Origin: Sumerlaeia bacterium
GTDB taxonomy: Bacteria; Sumerlaeota; Sumerlaeia; SLMS01; JAHLLQ01
Length of the DNA: 64,000 nt
Direction: 5' to 3'
Assembly: GCA_040219255.1 (NCBI GenBank)
Contig: JAVJSW010000068.1
Coordinates: 224,001 to 288,000 of the forward strand
Shown: in pieces, positions 18,909-28,677 of the stretch
Layout: every line of letters starts with the position of its first letter
How positions within the stretch are numbered: the first letter of the stretch is position 1
Notes under the pieces: model-generated
What the model saw: only the letters and a program-made list of their open reading frames with translations
Database searches by the model: none
What the model was told of the DNA's origin: nothing
Program-made: the position numbers and the translations under genes

Positions 18909-20987
18909 ATGTCCGAGAACCATCCTCCCGCAAATCGCATGATTTTTTTTGAGCGCCCGCTCCTGGGCGTTCTCTTTTTGTTGGCCGTGCTGCTGCCGTG
19001 GCAGCTCCTGCGCGCCAGTCACGAGGGTAGCCTTTGGGTCGACGAGACCTACTCGCTGATGATGACCCGCAAGTCCGTGGGCGCGTTGATCGAGCACACC
19101 TCCGCCGACGCCCACCCGCCCGGCTATTACCTGATGCTCAAGGCGTGGCTCAAGCTGCCCCGGCTGGTGGGCCACGAGCCAGGCATCTTCTACGCCCGCT
19201 TCTCGAGTGTCCTGGGCTGGGTGGCGCTGGTGCTGGTTTCCTGGTTCGGATCGCGGCGGTTGCTGGGGGTTGAGCGCGGCACCCTGGTGGCTTGGGCGGT
19301 GGGCTGCACCGGCTTGGTTTGGGCGTTGTCGAAGGACCTGCGCAATTACGCGTGGGTTCTGCCGATGCTGTGGGCGTGTTTTCTGATTCAAAGCATCGCC
19401 CATCGCGAGGAGCGCGCGGGAACGCTGTCGCGCCGCGCCGCGATCGGTCTCTGGTTCGGGTACTTCGCCCTGGCGGCGGCGAGCCTCTACTTCCATCTGC
19501 TGAGCGCCTTCCTGCTGTTCCTGCTGGGACTGCTGTGGATCGCGCGCTGCACGGGTCATCGGTGGCGCTCGGGTTTCGTTTTGGGCGGAGCGGCCGCGCA
19601 GGCCGCCACCGTGCTGGCGTTTCTGCCTTGGCTGCTGAGATTGCGCGATCAGGTGCAGTATCTCGCCGTGACGCCAACGGAATGGATGACGCCGCCGACG
19701 CTGCTGAATCTGGCATCGGTGTTCGCCTATTGTGCACCCTGGGGGAATCCGGTGGCGTTTCCCGAGGCATTCAACACGAACCCCGGCTTGCGCGCGCTTC
19801 TTTGGGGGTTGGGAACGACGGCCCTTCTGCTGCCCATTTGCGGGTTTCTGGCGGCGTTGCTTGCTAGGCCGGGCACGAGACGCGATCGCGACCTCGGCCA
19901 TCTCGGGGCGTTGGCGTTCGTGGGCTTTGGGTTTGGCACCCTGCTGTGGGCGATCAGCGCCCTGGACATCGCCAAGGTCTTCCACTCGGCCCGCTATCCG
20001 GTGCTGGGATTGCCAATGGCGGCGGGGGCGCTGGCGTTGGCGGCGAGCATCACGGCACGCGGGAGGCGATGGGTGGCGTGGAGCCTGATGGGGCCGTGGC
20101 TGCTGATCGGCGCGGCGATGCTGGTGGTGACCAACGGCCAGGAACGGGGGGGCGGGCCCCAGTTGGCCATCGCGCAATTGGACCCGGCGATGCGTCCCGC
20201 CCCGGGCGAGCCCCTCTACGTCATGCCCAGCGAACTGATCCCGATGTTCCGCGAGACGCTGGCCCCCTGGGATGTGCGCCGCATCGAGGATTTGACCGAA
20301 GTTCCCGCCGAGGGGGTGGAGCGGGTTTTCGTGGCGGAGCTTTCGCTGTGGGAGTCCATACGGTCCAATCGCGACTCGGTCGCCTCGGGCCTCGTCAGGG
20401 GAGGACAATTGGCCGAGTCCACCGTGACGGCGGACATCCCGCCGGGGATTTGGGCGTGGATGCGCTTTCATCGTCTGGATCGGCCTGATCGGGATCGCTG
20501 GCCAGAGATCGTCCTCGGCGGCCTCGCCCCCGCCTCGCCCCCCGTTCCCGGCCACTCGCTGGCCGTGGCCACACCCGGGGGCCAGAACTTCTGGCAGGGC
20601 TGGAGCGTCCTGGAGGCAGGAGCCGACGCCCAGACGTGGCGCTGGGCCATTGGCGGCGAGAGCCTGCTGCGCTTCGACCGCGCCCTGCCCCCCGGCGATT
20701 ACATCGTCCACGTGCGTGGCCATCGGAATCCCTATCCCGAAGAAACGGTGGAGATGACCTTCTCGACACCCGCAATGGACGAACCGGTGCGTGCCGAGCG
20801 ACCGGCAGGGGCCTTCGAGACGCCGGTGCTTTTGCGCTGGGGCGGAGGCGGCGCCCCCTTCGAAGTGCGGGTGACCTGCCCGACGTATCGGCCTTCGGAA
20901 TTCGAACCCGAAAACAAGGACGGCCGGCCACTGGGGTGGTTGCTGCTGTGGGCATGGGTCGAAGCGGTGCCGGAAACGGTTGAGTAG
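18909..20987 (+). CDS. GT-C fold membrane glycosyltransferase (ArnT/PMT-like)
   Basis: SLWVDETYS and DAHPPGYYLMLKAW motifs, many TM helices and a soluble C-terminal domain. Confidence 0.82.
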   Translation: MSENHPPANRMIFFERPLLGVLFLLAVLLPWQLLRASHEGSLWVDETYSLMMTRKSVGALIEHTSADAHPPGYYLMLKAWLKLPRLVGHEPGIFYARFSSVLGWVALVLVSWFGSRRLLGVERGTLVAWAVGCTGLVWALSKDLRNYAWVLPMLWACFLIQSIAHREERAGTLSRRAAIGLWFGYFALAAASLYFHLLSAFLLFLLGLLWIARCTGHRWRSGFVLGGAAAQAATVLAFLPWLLRLRDQVQYLAVTPTEWMTPPTLLNLASVFAYCAPWGNPVAFPEAFNTNPGLRALLWGLGTTALLLPICGFLAALLARPGTRRDRDLGHLGALAFVGFGFGTLLWAISALDIAKVFHSARYPVLGLPMAAGALALAASITARGRRWVAWSLMGPWLLIGAAMLVVTNGQERGGGPQLAIAQLDPAMRPAPGEPLYVMPSELIPMFRETLAPWDVRRIEDLTEVPAEGVERVFVAELSLWESIRSNRDSVASGLVRGGQLAESTVTADIPPGIWAWMRFHRLDRPDRDRWPEIVLGGLAPASPPVPGHSLAVATPGGQNFWQGWSVLEAGADAQTWRWAIGGESLLRFDRALPPGDYIVHVRGHRNPYPEETVEMTFSTPAMDEPVRAERPAGAFETPVLLRWGGGGAPFEVRVTCPTYRPSEFEPENKDGRPLGWLLLWAWVEAVPETVE

Positions 20988-21014
20988 GCAAACGATTCGC
21001 GTCAGGATCAGATC

Positions 21015-22130
21015 ATGTTCGACCTGTCCCAACCCATTCCCGGATGCCGAGTTTTCCCCGATGGCCGCGTGGCCTTTGCCGCGGCGGCGCCCGGCGCTCG
21101 GCGCGTGCTGCTGGCGGGGGATTTCACCCATTGGGGGGCGGGGGCGCTCGCCATGGGGCCGGACCCCTCCCATCCCGGCGAGTGGACGCTGACGCTCGAT
21201 CAGCCTCTGGCGCCCGGGCTCTACTTCTACAAGTACATCGTCGACGACGTCTGGCGCCACGATGAGCTGAACCCGATCCGCGAAGCCGATCCCTTCGGCG
21301 GGTCGAACAGTGTTTTCGTCGTCGGCGGCCGCGAGGACCTGGGCCCGCCAGAGGCTCTTCGCGTCATGACGTTGAACCTGCACACCTGGCAGGAGCTGGA
21401 GTCGCATCTCAAACTGCGCCAGACGGCGTTTGTGCTGGCGGCGCTGGACGTGCACGCGGTGCTTCTGCAGGAAGTGGGGGCCCATCGCGAGGACCCGCTC
21501 TTCGCCAACGCGGGAGGCGCCTTGCAGGCGCTCCTGGAAATGCACACAGGCCGCACCTGGCATCACGCATGGCGCTTCGCCCATGAAAGCTTCCGCCATT
21601 TCGACGAAGGCTTGTCGCTAATGAGCTGCCTGCCGCTCGAAGACGTGGAAGCGGTGGAACTGTCCGGCGGCGACCTGCGGCGCATCGCCCTGGGGGCCGT
21701 CGTGCGCCATGGCGGCCGGCGGGTGCGGCTGGCGGCGGCGCACCTGAACTGGCCCTGGACCAGCGGACCGGAGGAAGCGGCGGCGCTGCTGCGATGGATC
21801 GAGGAGCGGGAAGCGGCGTCGCCCACCGATGGCGTCCTTGTGGGCGGGGACTTCAACGCGACGACGGACGACGAGCAGGTGCGGGTCTTGACGGACGCGG
21901 GCTTCTTGGATGTGGCGCGTCATTGCGCTCAGGCTCGGCACTGCACACCGAAACCCACCATGGGCGAGGGCGAGCGGGGAATGCGAATCGATTTCCAGTT
22001 TCTGAGAAGCCATGGGCCGGGGCGTTTGAGGCCGGAGATTTGCCGGGTGGCTTTCGAGGAAGGCGGCTGGGGCGGGGTGTTCCAGCCCCGGGTGAGCGAC
22101 CACGCGGGGGTCTTCGCGGTGTACCGGTGA
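21015..22130 (+). CDS. CBM48/glycogen-binding domain fused to an endonuclease/exonuclease/phosphatase domain
   Basis: LAGDFTHW...YFYKYIVDDVW...DPFGGSNSV (CBM48); MTLNLHTW, LQEV, GGDFNA, RIDF and SDH (EEP). Confidence 0.85.
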   Translation: MFDLSQPIPGCRVFPDGRVAFAAAAPGARRVLLAGDFTHWGAGALAMGPDPSHPGEWTLTLDQPLAPGLYFYKYIVDDVWRHDELNPIREADPFGGSNSVFVVGGREDLGPPEALRVMTLNLHTWQELESHLKLRQTAFVLAALDVHAVLLQEVGAHREDPLFANAGGALQALLEMHTGRTWHHAWRFAHESFRHFDEGLSLMSCLPLEDVEAVELSGGDLRRIALGAVVRHGGRRVRLAAAHLNWPWTSGPEEAAALLRWIEEREAASPTDGVLVGGDFNATTDDEQVRVLTDAGFLDVARHCAQARHCTPKPTMGEGERGMRIDFQFLRSHGPGRLRPEICRVAFEEGGWGGVFQPRVSDHAGVFAVYR

Positions 22131-22325
22131 GGGGGCGGAATTTCGAAGAAGCGAAGGGTTGGGCGAACCGGTGCTCTGGAGTGCGGATTCGAGGGCGAAA
22201 AAGGTTTTCCGGGGTTTCCCTTGACGGGAGGGCCGAGTTCCGGTCCCCTGTGGCTTCGCTGGGGGCCACCGCTTTGCTCCCGGCTATGCTAGACCTCGTC
22301 TATCCGTGGAGAACAGAGCCTTCCA

Positions 22326-22355
22326 TTGACTTCCCAATCCCCCCTGTCCTAACAT
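22326..22355 (+). promoter_or_regulatory. Possible sigma70 promoter of infB
   Basis: TTGACT-N18-TAACAT about 105 bp upstream of the start codon. Confidence 0.35.
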
Positions 22356-22461
22356 CCCGGCACCTGTTGTGCGCGCTGTCGAGCGCCCCCTGATCGTGCG
22401 GGATTCGCCAACCAAAAACCTCTGTCTCCCACCCACCAACGGATAATTTTCAGGAGAGTCC

Positions 22462-25400
22462 ATGCAAATAAAGCAAGTCGCTGAACTACTGGGCGTCGAG
22501 CCTAAGCAGATTGCCACGGAAGTGGACAATATGCGTGAGGATTTGACAGCCAAAGGGTTCAAAGTGCCAAAGCGGGTGACCGTCGCAAGCAAGCTGGAGG
22601 ACGCCGCTGTCAATTTCGTCCTCGCCGCGATGGATCAACGCAAGAAAGAGAAGGCGCCGGAGAAGGCGCCCGCCGCCACCGACGCGAAGCGCGAGCAGGA
22701 AGAGAAGACTCGCCGGGAAGCCGCCGAGCGCAAGAAGTCGGAAGAAGAAGAAGCCAAGAAGCGCCGCGAGGAAATGGAGCGGCAGCGCCGCGCCGAAATG
22801 GAGCGCCGCCGGCAGGAAATGGCCCGTATGCAGGCCATGCAGACTTCCCCGACGTCCGGCGCGCCCCGCGTGGGTCCGCCTTCCGGACCGCGCCGCCCCG
22901 GGCCCGACGCCCCCGCCGGTCCGCCGACGGGCCGCGCCGTGGTCGTTCCCCCCATGCCCCAGGCTCCCCAGGCTCCGGAGGCCCCCCAGGGGCCGCCGCC
23001 AGCCGCCGGCCCCGCGCCCATGGCGCAACAATCGCCGCAGGGGCCACCGAGCGCCGCGGCACCTCAGCAGCAGCATGCCAACGCTCCCGCCGCTCAGCAG
23101 CCGCCGCAGCCCGCCCCCCCGCAGGGCCGCGCCCCTCATCCCGGCCAGCAGCAGGGTCAGCCGGGTCAGGCTCCGCCCCCGCAGCAGCCGCGTCCGGGCT
23201 ACCAGGGTCAAAATCCTCGTCCTTATACACCCGGACCGCGTCCTCAGCAGGGTTTCCGTCCGCAGCAGAGCACGGCCCCGCCGCGCCAGGGCGGCGCCCC
23301 CATGCAACCCGGAATGCCGCGTCAGCAGGGCCCCGGCGCTCCTCGCGGACCTTACCAAGGTGGCGGTCCTGGCGGTGCTCAGCAACGCCCCGGTCAGCCT
23401 TTCAACCGGGGTCCGCGCCCCGGCGGCGGTCCCGGTGGTCCCGGCGGCCCCCATCAGGGTGGTCCCCGGCCTCCGCGCCGCGACGATCAGCAGGGTCGCC
23501 CCGGTGCCCCCGGCGGTCCCCAGCAGCGTCGGCCGCGCACCCCTCTCCCGACCGGTTCGCCGTCGATGGAGGATTTGCAGAGCTTTGCCGATCAGGGTTT
23601 CATGACCTCGATCGACGAGACGACGCAGCGGGCCCGGCGCCAGGGTCCCTCGGGTGGCAAGGATCGCCGCCCGGCGAAGAAAGACACGCCGGAGGAACGG
23701 CCTCGTAAGCGGCCCGCCGCGGCGCCGACGGACCGCAAGAGCGGCCGGGGCGATGGCAAGCGCTTCCGCCCGACGCAGATCTTCAACGGCGAAGTCATCA
23801 GCCGCCGTCCCACCGCGGGGCGTCCGGGCCGCAAGGGTGGCGGTGGCAAAGGCCGCCGTGGTCATGATCTGCCGCAACAGCCCAAGCGCGTCAAATTCAC
23901 CGGCGATTTCACCGTCGGTCAGTTCGCCGAAAAGGCCGGCGTCGCCTCCAGCGATGTCATTCGCCAGCTCATGCTGATGGGCGAAATGCTGACGATGAAC
24001 GAAATCCTGGAAGCCGATCTGGCGGAACTCGTCGCCGAGGAACTGGGCTTCGAGGTGGTCATCCAACGGGAAAGCGACGAGCTGGACGTGGAAGAGTACG
24101 TGGATCTCGACGACTCGGATGAGGATCTTCTGCCTCGCGCTCCGATCGTGACCGTCATGGGCCACGTGGACCATGGCAAGACCACGCTGCTCGACGCGAT
24201 CCGCGACGCGGATGTGGTCAGCGGCGAGCATGGCGGCATCACCCAGCACATCGGCGCTTATCACGTCGTGCATGCGAAGGGACCGATCACGTTCCTCGAC
24301 ACGCCGGGCCACGCGGCCTTCACGGCGATGCGTGCCCGCGGCGCCAACGTCACCGATTTGGTGGTGCTGGTGGTGGCAGCCAACGACGGCGTCATGCCGC
24401 AGACGCGGGAGGCGATCAGCCACGCCCGCGCGGCGGAAGTTCCGATCATTGTGGCCATCAACAAGATGGACGCCCCCGGCGCCAACCCGATGCGCGTCAA
24501 GCAAGAGCTGATGCAGTACGAGATGGTTTCGGAAGATCTCGGCGGCGAGACGATCATGGTGGAGGTGTCGGCTCTTAAGAAAACGGGCGTTGACGAACTC
24601 CTGGACATGATCCTGTTGCAGTCCGAGGTGCTGGAACTGAAGGCCAATCCGAACCGCAACGCGGTGGGTACGATCGTCGAGGCGCGGATGGACGCGCTGC
24701 GCGGCGCCACGGCGACGGTTTTGGTGGAGAACGGAACCCTCGAGGTGGGCGATCACTTCGTCTGCGGCACGGAATACGGCCGTATCCGGGCGATGCGCAA
24801 CGACCGCGGGGAAACCATCAAGGAAGCGGGTCCGGCCATTCCGGTCGAGATCCTCGGCGTGAGCGGCAGCCCGGAAGCGGGCGAGCAGTTCATCGTTCTG
24901 CCGACGGAGCAGGAAGCGCGCGAGATCGCCGAACGGCGCGCCGACCGCCGCCGGATGCGGTCCGCCGCGACGAAGACCACGCACGTGACGCTGGAGAACC
25001 TGAGCGAGCACCTCAGCGAGGGCGAAGTGAAGGAACTCAACCTGATCGTGAAGGCCGACGTGCAGGGCTCTGTCGAGGCCATCGCGGCTTCTCTCATGAA
25101 GATCGAGTCCAACAAAGTCACGCTGCGGATTCTTCACAGCGGTGTCGGCGCCGTGGGCGAAGGCGACGTTCAGTTGGCCGACGCGTCCGACGCGATCATC
25201 CTGGGCTTCAACGTCCGTCCCGAACCGGCGGCTCGCCGCCTGGCGGAGCAGGAAGGTGTGGAAATCCGCACCTACAACGTCATCTACGAACTGCTGGAAG
25301 AAATCGAGAAGGCCATGCTCGGCCTGGTCGATCCGGAATTCTCCGAGCAGGACATGGCCCGCATCACCGTGCAGGAAATCTACAAGGTCTCCAAAATCGG

Positions 25401-25653
25401 CACCATCGCCGGTTGCTTTGTGGAAGAAGGCACGGTGGCCCGCGATCACAAAGCCCGCCTCGTTCGCAATGGCTCCGTGATCTGGACTGGCGATATCGCT
25501 TCTCTGCGCCGTTTCAAGGACGACGCGAAGGAAGTCAACGCTGGCCTGGAATGCGGAATCGGTCTCAAGAACTTCAACGACGTCAAAGTCGGCGACGTGA
25601 TCGAGACCTTCGTGATGAAGGAACTGGCCGTGACGCTGGTCTCCACCACCTAA
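22462..25653 (+). CDS. infB: Translation initiation factor IF-2
   Basis: [45 protein letters not shown] and SLRRFKDD motifs. Confidence 0.98.
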   Translation: MQIKQVAELLGVEPKQIATEVDNMREDLTAKGFKVPKRVTVASKLEDAAVNFVLAAMDQRKKEKAPEKAPAATDAKREQEEKTRREAAERKKSEEEEAKKRREEMERQRRAEMERRRQEMARMQAMQTSPTSGAPRVGPPSGPRRPGPDAPAGPPTGRAVVVPPMPQAPQAPEAPQGPPPAAGPAPMAQQSPQGPPSAAAPQQQHANAPAAQQPPQPAPPQGRAPHPGQQQGQPGQAPPPQQPRPGYQGQNPRPYTPGPRPQQGFRPQQSTAPPRQGGAPMQPGMPRQQGPGAPRGPYQGGGPGGAQQRPGQPFNRGPRPGGGPGGPGGPHQGGPRPPRRDDQQGRPGAPGGPQQRRPRTPLPTGSPSMEDLQSFADQGFMTSIDETTQRARRQGPSGGKDRRPAKKDTPEERPRKRPAAAPTDRKSGRGDGKRFRPTQIFNGEVISRRPTAGRPGRKGGGGKGRRGHDLPQQPKRVKFTGDFTVGQFAEKAGVASSDVIRQLMLMGEMLTMNEILEADLAELVAEELGFEVVIQRESDELDVEEYVDLDDSDEDLLPRAPIVTVMGHVDHGKTTLLDAIRDADVVSGEHGGITQHIGAYHVVHAKGPITFLDTPGHAAFTAMRARGANVTDLVVLVVAANDGVMPQTREAISHARAAEVPIIVAINKMDAPGANPMRVKQELMQYEMVSEDLGGETIMVEVSALKKTGVDELLDMILLQSEVLELKANPNRNAVGTIVEARMDALRGATATVLVENGTLEVGDHFVCGTEYGRIRAMRNDRGETIKEAGPAIPVEILGVSGSPEAGEQFIVLPTEQEAREIAERRADRRRMRSAATKTTHVTLENLSEHLSEGEVKELNLIVKADVQGSVEAIAASLMKIESNKVTLRILHSGVGAVGEGDVQLADASDAIILGFNVRPEPAARRLAEQEGVEIRTYNVIYELLEEIEKAMLGLVDPEFSEQDMARITVQEIYKVSKIGTIAGCFVEEGTVARDHKARLVRNGSVIWTGDIASLRRFKDDAKEVNAGLECGIGLKNFNDVKVGDVIETFVMKELAVTLVSTT

Positions 25654-25719
25654 CCGGTGAACCCGGCGCGCTCAACGTACACCGTTGATCCGCAACGAGT
25701 TCGCTCCTCGGAATAAATG

Positions 25720-25750
25720 GCCCCGCTGGTCCTTGACTAGCGGGGTTTTT
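25720..25750 (+). terminator. Intrinsic terminator after infB
   Basis: GCCCCGCTGGTC-CTT-GACTAGCGGGGT stem followed by a T run. Confidence 0.7.
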
Positions 25751-25836
25751 CCGTTTGTAGTCCGGCCTTCCGGCGGCAAGACTTCCCACCGCTCACTCCC
25801 TCGGAAATCCACTCCTCGCCCTTTGCTTTCGCCCCC

Positions 25837-28047
25837 ATGCCGACTTCCCCTTCGCCAGACGTTCTGATTCAGCACCTGCGGGAGCGGTGGGGCTACGAAG
25901 CCTTTCGGCCCCTCCAGCGCGAAGCCATGGACGCTGTGATGGCGGGCCGCGACTCGCTGGTGATTCTGCCGACGGGAGGCGGGAAATCGCTCTGCTTCCA
26001 GGTTCCGGCGCTGGCCCTGGAAGGACTGGCGGTGGTGGTGTCGCCGCTGATTTCCTTGATGACGGATCAGGTGGACGCGCTGCGGGAACTGGGCGTGGCA
26101 GCGGGCAAGCTCCACAGCGGCCAGGACCCGGAAGAAGCGCGGGCGATCCGCGCGGCGATGCGCTCCGGCGAACTGAAGCTGCTCTACGTTTCGCCGGAGC
26201 GTCTGGTGGCCGAGGGCTTCGACGGCGTGGTGGAGGGGGCCGAGGTGTCGTTTCTCGCCATCGACGAGGCGCACTGCGTCAGTGAATGGGGCCACGATTT
26301 CCGGCCGGAATACCGTCAACTGGCGGGTTTTCGCGAGCTTTATCCGCGCGCCGCGCTGCATTGCTACACGGCCACCGCCACGCCCGCCGTGGCCCAGGAC
26401 ATCGCCCGCCAGTTGGGCCTGCGGGACCCGGCGATTCTGTGCGGATCCTTCGACCGGCCAAACCTGACGTATCGCGTGGAGCGCCGCCGCGACGTCGCCA
26501 CCCAGGTCATCGACGTGGCCAATCGCCACCGGGGCGAGAGCGGCATCGTGTACTGCATCAGCCGCCGCGAGACGGAGCGCGTGGCCGAGGAACTGGTTGC
26601 CGCCGGGATCAGGGCCCGGGCCTATCACGCCGGTCTGGACCCGGAAACCCGCGCCGACAATCAACGGCGGTTCATCCGCGACGAAGTGACCATCATCGTC
26701 GCCACCATCGCCTTCGGCATGGGGATCGATAAACCCGACGTGCGCTTTGTGGTGCACGCGGGGATGCCGAAATCGCTGGAGAATTACCAGCAGGAAAGCG
26801 GCCGCGCCGGGCGCGACGGGCTCGAGGCCGAGTGCGTGCTGCTCTACAGCGGCGGCGATGTGGGCAAGTGGTCCACGATCATCGGCGATCAGCCCGAGGA
26901 GCAACGGCGCGTCACCTGGGACAAGCTCAACGCGGTGCAGCGCTACGCCGAGGCGTTGACGTGCCGGCGAGCGGTGCTGCTCGGCTATTTCGGCGAGACC
27001 TATGGCGCCGAAAAATGCGACTCCTGCGATGTCTGCGAGGGCACGGTGACGGCTCTCGGCAATGGCCGGGAAGTGGCCCAGATGATCTTGTCGAGCGTTG
27101 TGCGGCAGAAGTTCCCCACCTCGCCGGCCCACACCACGGCGGTGCTGACCGGCGGCAACACGGCCTCCATCCGCGAGGCGGGGCACCAGGAGCTTTCGAC
27201 CTACGGCTTGCTGCGCCAATACAGCCGCGAGGCGGTGCGCGGCTGGATCACCCAGTTGGTGATGCAGGGGCACCTGGGCAACACGGGCGATTCGATGAAC
27301 TCTCCGCTGCGCGTCACGGACGCCGGGTGGCGGGTTCTGAAGGGCGAGGATACGGCGCGGCTGGTGCATCACGAACAGGCGGAGACTTCTTCCGGGCCGG
27401 GCTCGCGCTCCAGCCGGGGCGAGGCGGACTGGCAGGGCGTCGAGCGGCCGCTGTTCGATTTGCTGCGGGGGTTGCGGCGGGAACTGGCCGAGCAGCACAA
27501 CGTGCCGCCTTACATGGTTTTCGGCGATCAATCGCTGCGGGAAATGGCGCGCTGCCGGCCGACCGAACTGGAGGGCCTGCGGCGTCTTCACGGTGTGGGC
27601 GAGAAGAAGCTGGAAACCTACGGCGAGGAGTTCCTGCAGGCCATCGCCGGTTACTGCCATCGCAACCCGGACCTGGCAGTGAACGATTTCGCGCACGCGA
27701 GCGGCGCGGCCTCGCCGGTGCAGCGCAAAGCCAGCACCCGCATGGCCGCCGGCCGGGCCCAGGCGCTGCGGCTGCTGCGCGAAGGCGCCAGCCTCGATGC
27801 GGTGGCCCAGCAAACGGGGCGGGCGCGCTCGACGGTGGAGGGGGATCTGGAAACCCTCATCCGCCAGGACCGCATCGGCGATCCCACGTTATGGGTGGAC
27901 CCCGACCTGGCGGTGCGGATCGAGGAAGCGTCGGACGCGGAGCCGAGCGGCCGTTTGCGGCCCATTCACGAGGCTCTCGACGGCGAGGCGGCGTACTGGC
28001 AAATCCGCTTGGTGCGGGCCTGCCGGGCGATTCGGGAAGAGGGGTGA
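25837..28047 (+). CDS. recQ: ATP-dependent DNA helicase RecQ
   Basis: PTGGGKSLCFQ, DEAHCVSEWGHDFRPEY, AFGMGIDKPDVR and QESGRAGRDG motifs, Zn-binding cysteines and an HRDC domain. Confidence 0.96.
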   Translation: MPTSPSPDVLIQHLRERWGYEAFRPLQREAMDAVMAGRDSLVILPTGGGKSLCFQVPALALEGLAVVVSPLISLMTDQVDALRELGVAAGKLHSGQDPEEARAIRAAMRSGELKLLYVSPERLVAEGFDGVVEGAEVSFLAIDEAHCVSEWGHDFRPEYRQLAGFRELYPRAALHCYTATATPAVAQDIARQLGLRDPAILCGSFDRPNLTYRVERRRDVATQVIDVANRHRGESGIVYCISRRETERVAEELVAAGIRARAYHAGLDPETRADNQRRFIRDEVTIIVATIAFGMGIDKPDVRFVVHAGMPKSLENYQQESGRAGRDGLEAECVLLYSGGDVGKWSTIIGDQPEEQRRVTWDKLNAVQRYAEALTCRRAVLLGYFGETYGAEKCDSCDVCEGTVTALGNGREVAQMILSSVVRQKFPTSPAHTTAVLTGGNTASIREAGHQELSTYGLLRQYSREAVRGWITQLVMQGHLGNTGDSMNSPLRVTDAGWRVLKGEDTARLVHHEQAETSSGPGSRSSRGEADWQGVERPLFDLLRGLRRELAEQHNVPPYMVFGDQSLREMARCRPTELEGLRRLHGVGEKKLETYGEEFLQAIAGYCHRNPDLAVNDFAHASGAASPVQRKASTRMAAGRAQALRLLREGASLDAVAQQTGRARSTVEGDLETLIRQDRIGDPTLWVDPDLAVRIEEASDAEPSGRLRPIHEALDGEAAYWQIRLVRACRAIREEG

Positions 28048-28227
28048 GGCGGCGGCTCCGGTACGGTTTCCGCTGGGAGGGCGGGAAGGCGGTTGAGTCC
28101 CCGGGGCGAATGGGTTACCTCACACCCAAGTCGTCGCTCCACTGTTTCGGAATGACGCTCTTCGCCCAACCGGAAAGGCGCTTATGATTCAGATGTCAGG
28201 ACCGACGCGCGGCTCGGCGGCCGCGCC

Positions 28228-28677
28228 ATGAGTCAACGCGAGAGCCGGCATATGCCGTCGTGGTTGCGCCACGAGGCGACGTCCTCTGACGCGCTGCCGC
28301 TCGGTGGCATGTTCTCCGCCCCGGGCCAGCCCTTCGTGCCGCCGACCGATGTGGTGGAATACAGCGACCGCGTGGTGATCCGCATGGAAGTTCCGGGCGT
28401 GGATCGCGATGAATTGATGATCGTGCAGGAAGATCGCTTCGTGATCGTACAGGGCAAACGCAAGCGCCCGCCCCATGAACGCGAAGCGCAGACCTATCGC
28501 CTGACGGAAATCCAGTACGGACCCTTCGGCCGCGTCTTCGAGTTCCCCGATTTCCTGGATCTGTCCCAGGTGCGCGCCGATTATGACGAGGGCTTCCTGA
28601 CCATCCGCATCCCCAAGACCGGCAAGGCGCCCCGCCAACCCATTTCCCTCCGCATAAGGATCGAGAAACCTCAGTGA
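28228..28677 (+). CDS. Small heat shock protein (Hsp20)
   Basis: PPTDV, EVPGV, EIQYGPFGRVF and ADYDEGFLTIRIPK; overlaps the lon start (GTGA). Confidence 0.88.
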   Translation: MSQRESRHMPSWLRHEATSSDALPLGGMFSAPGQPFVPPTDVVEYSDRVVIRMEVPGVDRDELMIVQEDRFVIVQGKRKRPPHEREAQTYRLTEIQYGPFGRVFEFPDFLDLSQVRADYDEGFLTIRIPKTGKAPRQPISLRIRIEKPQ

